Below the pieces are notes generated by a model. That model was not told the origin of the DNA and made no database searches. It saw only the letters and a list, made by a program, of their open reading frames with translations. The translations under genes and the position numbers were made by a program. From a virus, in IMG/VR virus record IMGVR_UViG_3300022924_000007, positions 1-44,199 of that record: DNA of 44,199 bases; one strand, given 5' to 3'. Shown piece after piece: positions 41,094-44,199 of this stretch (position 1 is the stretch's first letter; the number at the start of each line of letters is the position of its first letter).

Positions 41094-42839
41094 TTACCTT
41101 ACCACTTTATGTTTTTTGAGTTTTTTGTCTGAGCGTCGAGTAACCTCTAGGCCAGTGATATCGTTTTCACCCCAAGGGAATAGTTGGAATGCAATAGCTT
41201 TAGCCATTACAGTGTCATCGTGTTCGCCTTCTTCGGCGTTCATACGACCTCTATCATCCCTTACGTAAGCAAATGCTTCGTCAATGAATACTTTATCTTT
41301 ATCCTTATTCCAACCTTCACGTATAATACGTACAAGATCGTCAATGGCAAGTCGTTTAGTCTTAACATCCGTTTTCCAACCTAGGTTACTGGTTGGTTCT
41401 TCAAAGTCTTCATCATAACCCTTATCTCGTTTAAAGAGATTGGTGTAGAAAGTATCTCGAAGTTTCTGGATGGTTGTGAGTCCGTGGTTGTTGACTTCCA
41501 CACCAATAAGTGCGTAGTTGTAGTAAGTACCGAGAGCACCCAATACTTCCCCGAATTTATCTGGGTCTCTATGACCTCTCCATCTTGCAACCGTCTCCAT
41601 TGTTTGCGTGTCAACGACTTCAGCAACTGAATAGTCTCCAGTGGCCAGTCCTTCGGCAACGTCTGCTCCAATGACATATTCGTGTCCTGGTTCAGGTTCT
41701 TTCCAAACTCTGAGAGGCCCAATATATGTAAAGTCTTCCGCTTTATCATCATAATCTACTTTATCCAAAAGATATTCTTCGTGAGTATCACCAAGCAGTA
41801 GGTTATAATAGTTACCGTCGATTAACTCTTCAGAGTCTTTTTCTAAGTTTTCTAGTGCGAGCACATCGAACACTGCACGACCAGATGCAATAAATGCTTC
41901 TTTGGCTACGGAAGGATATTCCTGATACATTTTCTCAGGTGTACTTGCGAATTCTCGTGCTTTGCGTCGGTAAAACTTAATCTTGGCTGGAATGTCGGCT
42001 TCGTTTACGGGGAAATGTTCACCCATAAATGTTGTGAATCCTTTACGTAGCAGTGCTACTAGGAATTCTTCATACTCTGTTAGCTTACCTAATGGCTCAT
42101 TGTCATGTACTTCGTAGCCATCTATTAACCACCATGGGAAGAAGAAAGGAACAAAGTTATTCTTTTTCTTTTCAGCGTTTACCCATTCCTTGTGGAAATA
42201 GTTACCACGACCTTTAGCCGTTGATTCTAGGAATATCATTGTAAATGGTACGTCAGGTACTGTCTGCATAATAGATGCAACAAGTTCTTCACCATTCTCC
42301 CACTCACCAACCTCAGAGGCGTGTAGTAGTTGAATTGTGTCCGAACGTCCTGCACTTGTATTCTTAGCTGTAGCCGTCTTGATAATTGAGTTAAGTCCAA
42401 CCTGGTTCCCTGCTTCATCCTCACGTTCAAAGGAGAGGTCTGTTCGGGTGTTGTACTTAATACTAGGTTTGAATAGCGGATTGCTGTTGTCATAATATCT
42501 ACGGAACATCATGTAAAGGTTCTTTGCAGATTTGTCTTCGTGTCCAATGATTACACTGGTGATGTTTTTGTTTGTAGATGTCCACCAATAAATGATAGCC
42601 TCAACTGCAGTCGAGAGTCCCATCTGGCGAGCTTTTAGAATAATAACTCGAATCGGTACTCCATGTTGTATGCACCACAACACGTAGTCTATTAGTGCTC
42701 GCTGGGCTATGTTCGGCACAAACCGGACAATCTTTGCATCTTTATTTTTGATCCAAAGGTTGTTCCGGCAGTACTTATAAAAGTCCTTGCGAATATCAAG
42801 AATTTTGGCTAACTGCTCTTTAGTGAGCTTAGTCTCCAT
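41094..42839 (-). CDS. terL: terminase large subunit, 581 aa
   Basis: Walker A-like ILKARQMGLST, Walker B-like IQLLHASEV, nuclease motifs IGADVAEG...DYSV and EHDDTVMAKAIA. Confidence 0.9.
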   Translation of the reverse strand: METKLTKEQLAKILDIRKDFYKYCRNNLWIKNKDAKIVRFVPNIAQRALIDYVLWCIQHGVPIRVIILKARQMGLSTAVEAIIYWWTSTNKNITSVIIGHEDKSAKNLYMMFRRYYDNSNPLFKPSIKYNTRTDLSFEREDEAGNQVGLNSIIKTATAKNTSAGRSDTIQLLHASEVGEWENGEELVASIMQTVPDVPFTMIFLESTAKGRGNYFHKEWVNAEKKKNNFVPFFFPWWLIDGYEVHDNEPLGKLTEYEEFLVALLRKGFTTFMGEHFPVNEADIPAKIKFYRRKAREFASTPEKMYQEYPSVAKEAFIASGRAVFDVLALENLEKDSEELIDGNYYNLLLGDTHEEYLLDKVDYDDKAEDFTYIGPLRVWKEPEPGHEYVIGADVAEGLATGDYSVAEVVDTQTMETVARWRGHRDPDKFGEVLGALGTYYNYALIGVEVNNHGLTTIQKLRDTFYTNLFKRDKGYDEDFEEPTSNLGWKTDVKTKRLAIDDLVRIIREGWNKDKDKVFIDEAFAYVRDDRGRMNAEEGEHDDTVMAKAIAFQLFPWGENDITGLEVTRRSDKKLKKHKVVR

Positions 42840-42973
42840 TATTCCTCTTCGTTCTCTTCCCTATATTTCTTAAGTAGAAGATTTATTAAACGTGATTTAT
42901 TCGGTAGCTTATCGAAGAACTCTTTGTTCTCCGGCCACACGTATATTTGTCTTTTGTTTTTCTTAGTATCCAT
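42839..42973 (-). CDS. small basic protein, 44 aa, upstream of terL
   Basis: Hand translation MDTKKNKRQIYVWPENKEFFDKLPNKSRLINLLLKKYREENEEE. TAATG overlap with the terL start; a promoter lies directly upstream. Confidence 0.5.
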   Translation of the reverse strand: MDTKKNKRQIYVWPENKEFFDKLPNKSRLINLLLKKYREENEEE

Positions 42974-42988
42974 TATCTCTTATTTCTT

Positions 42989-43017
42989 ACTATATCACAA
43001 TGTTGTTAAAAAGTCAA
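42989..43017 (-). promoter_or_regulatory. promoter (minus strand): TTGACT-N17-TATAGT
   Basis: Reverse complement reads ggtgTTGACTttttaacaacattgtgaTATAGTaagaaataagagataATG. Confidence 0.6.
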
Positions 43018-43021
43018 CACC

Positions 43022-43294
43022 TTAAGCTAACATTGCGTTGATGAATGTAAGTGCGTCAGCCTGTACGAAGTTTTTAGCGTAGTAAGAAGTGACGGGTGCG
43101 CCATTCTTGTACCATTTAACTTTACATGCTGTGCCCTGTCGGACTAATACCTTAGCCGTGAGTCCACCTACTGAAAGTGCTGTCTCTAGTGCTGAGTTAT
43201 CTGCTACTGGTTTTGAATCGTTTACGTTTCCGCCTACGAATGTTTGGTTGTTGAGCGGTGCTCGTGCTGCTTTTTCTGCTGCTAATGTTGCCAT
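43022..43294 (-). CDS. hypothetical protein, 90 aa
   Basis: Track ORF in the operon. Confidence 0.6.
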   Translation of the reverse strand: MATLAAEKAARAPLNNQTFVGGNVNDSKPVADNSALETALSVGGLTAKVLVRQGTACKVKWYKNGAPVTSYYAKNFVQADALTFINAMLA

Positions 43295-43303
43295 AATGGT
43301 CCT

Positions 43304-43651
43304 TTAGTGTGTTGGGAATGAACCCTTAAGTCCGACTGTCTCAGCGAAGTCTACCCATGCCTTTTTCTTATATAGGCGGATAGCTTCATTAATTCGAGAA
43401 CTTCTCCAGTGAGGGAAGTCTTCTTTGATCTTTCGTTTGAATTCAGATATTCCTAGGTCGATAACCCTGTGTTGAGCAGGTGAGTTCAGCGATACCTTTA
43501 AGGTAAATGCGTCTCTCATTAGAATCTGGCCCATGAGCTCCTTGGATATATTTCCTGTCTTCTCGAATTCTTTGAGGTCTTTCTTTTTTAATATATCCGG
43601 ATACTCATTATTGAGTATACGTTGCTTCAGTTCCTTTGTCATTTTAAACAC
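43304..43651 (-). CDS. hypothetical basic protein, 115 aa
   Basis: Track ORF in the operon. Confidence 0.6.
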   Translation of the reverse strand: MFKMTKELKQRILNNEYPDILKKKDLKEFEKTGNISKELMGQILMRDAFTLKVSLNSPAQHRVIDLGISEFKRKIKEDFPHWRSSRINEAIRLYKKKAWVDFAETVGLKGSFPTH

Positions 43652-43661
43652 GCTAAGTCTC

Positions 43662-43877
43662 CTAACCTATAATTGTGTAATTATGTGCGTCTACAGCTTC
43701 AATCAATTTCTTGATTTCTGCTTCGATATCTTCACCTGTAGTGATATCGGTGCTGGCTTGTTCCTGTCCATCTGTGACGGTAAGGCGTACACCATCCTCA
43801 ATATCTTCAGTACTCCAGTCATACTTACGAATAAGCGGACTAGCTAGGTGTTGTACTTCATCTTGTGTAATTGCCAT
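43662..43877 (-). CDS. hypothetical acidic protein, 71 aa
   Basis: Track ORF coupled to the upstream gene. Confidence 0.6.
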   Translation of the reverse strand: MAITQDEVQHLASPLIRKYDWSTEDIEDGVRLTVTDGQEQASTDITTGEDIEAEIKKLIEAVDAHNYTIIG

Positions 43878-44098
43878 TATTTCTTCTCCACTTTATTTGC
43901 TAATGGGTCGAGCCCTTTTGTAAGTGCGCTTCCATATCCAAGTTCCATAAACCCTAATCGGAAATGGTTCTTTGCGAATGTCAAGTATTGTCCATGCTCA
44001 GGTTGTGACGAAGCCATTTCATCTAGCTTCTTAATCTGAGCTCCAATTACTTCACGAATTTCCTGTACTTTTTCTGTGTTAAAAGGCCCAGGTCCCAT
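43877..44098 (-). CDS. hypothetical protein, 73 aa (its start lies inside the terminal overlap, equivalent to position 26)
   Basis: Track ORF. Its ATG overlaps the stop of ORF 26..304 once the contig is circularised. Confidence 0.6.
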   Translation of the reverse strand: MGPGPFNTEKVQEIREVIGAQIKKLDEMASSQPEHGQYLTFAKNHFRLGFMELGYGSALTKGLDPLANKVEKK

Positions 44099-44199
44099 TA
44101 CTTACCTTCCTTCGCCTTTTTATCAGCCTTCATCCCGTCTTCGCCATCAGTTTTATTTGATGCCTTTTCAGATGGTTTGAATGATGTGATAAATGTGTG
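44073..44199. repeat. Terminal overlap, second copy (identical to 1-127)
   Basis: Direct reading. Confidence 0.95.

Noticed and set aside
1-44199. Lysogeny module, integrase, CRISPR, toxin-antitoxin or a known defence/anti-defence cassette
   Set aside because: No integrase or recombinase motifs, repressor/Cro pair, repeat-spacer array or recognisable defence-system domains were seen in any translated ORF. Absence is based on reading by eye only.

Overview
The window is one complete dsDNA phage genome. Bases 1-127 are identical to 44073-44199, so the unit length is 44,072 bp.

**Layout.** There are two convergent modules, separated by a bidirectional terminator near 20.94 kb and a divergent promoter region at 0.94-2.1 kb.
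- **Plus strand, 2.1-20.9 kb (early, DNA-metabolism and RNA-repair genes):** a very acidic first gene, a truncated beta-clamp-like protein, a PIF1/RecD-like helicase, a HIRAN + PD-(D/E)XK nuclease fusion, an SSB-like protein, a T7 endonuclease I-like resolvase, an HNH endonuclease, a membrane-anchored transglycosylase-like protein, a DEDDy exonuclease, an RNA ligase, a T4 Pnk-like kinase/phosphatase, and many small ORFs.
- **Minus strand, 44.1 to 20.9 kb, continuing from 0.94 kb across the contig junction (late genes):** TerS, small genes, TerL, portal, scaffold-like, capsid-like, fibre/tail proteins in a T7-like podovirus order, a 1395-aa virion protein, membrane proteins, an amidase endolysin and a holin-like protein.

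I recognised no DNA polymerase, primase, RNA polymerase or integrase. Expression signals look like host sigma70 (TTGACw-N17-TATAGT/TAAGAT) with AGGAG-type ribosome-binding sites (RBS).

**Main finding.** 13421-14574 is a roughly 1.15-kb ORF-free, GC-enriched, hairpin-dense locus. It contains a cloverleaf tRNA (anticodon UGG, unusual C33/A37 and G3:U70) and an 82-nt acceptor/T-arm element ending in ACCA that lacks an anticodon arm. I propose a large structured ncRNA, either GOLLD/ROOL-class or new. I could not confirm this without covariance-model searches.

**Other notable items:**
- an in-frame TAA that splits an otherwise intact gene (4829-5245) behind a ~290-nt structured leader
- a 1.2-kb ORF-poor, promoter-stacked region (940-2125)
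- a tail/fibre protein with 18 uninterrupted 14-residue repeats
- an RNA ligase + Pnkp tRNA-repair pair
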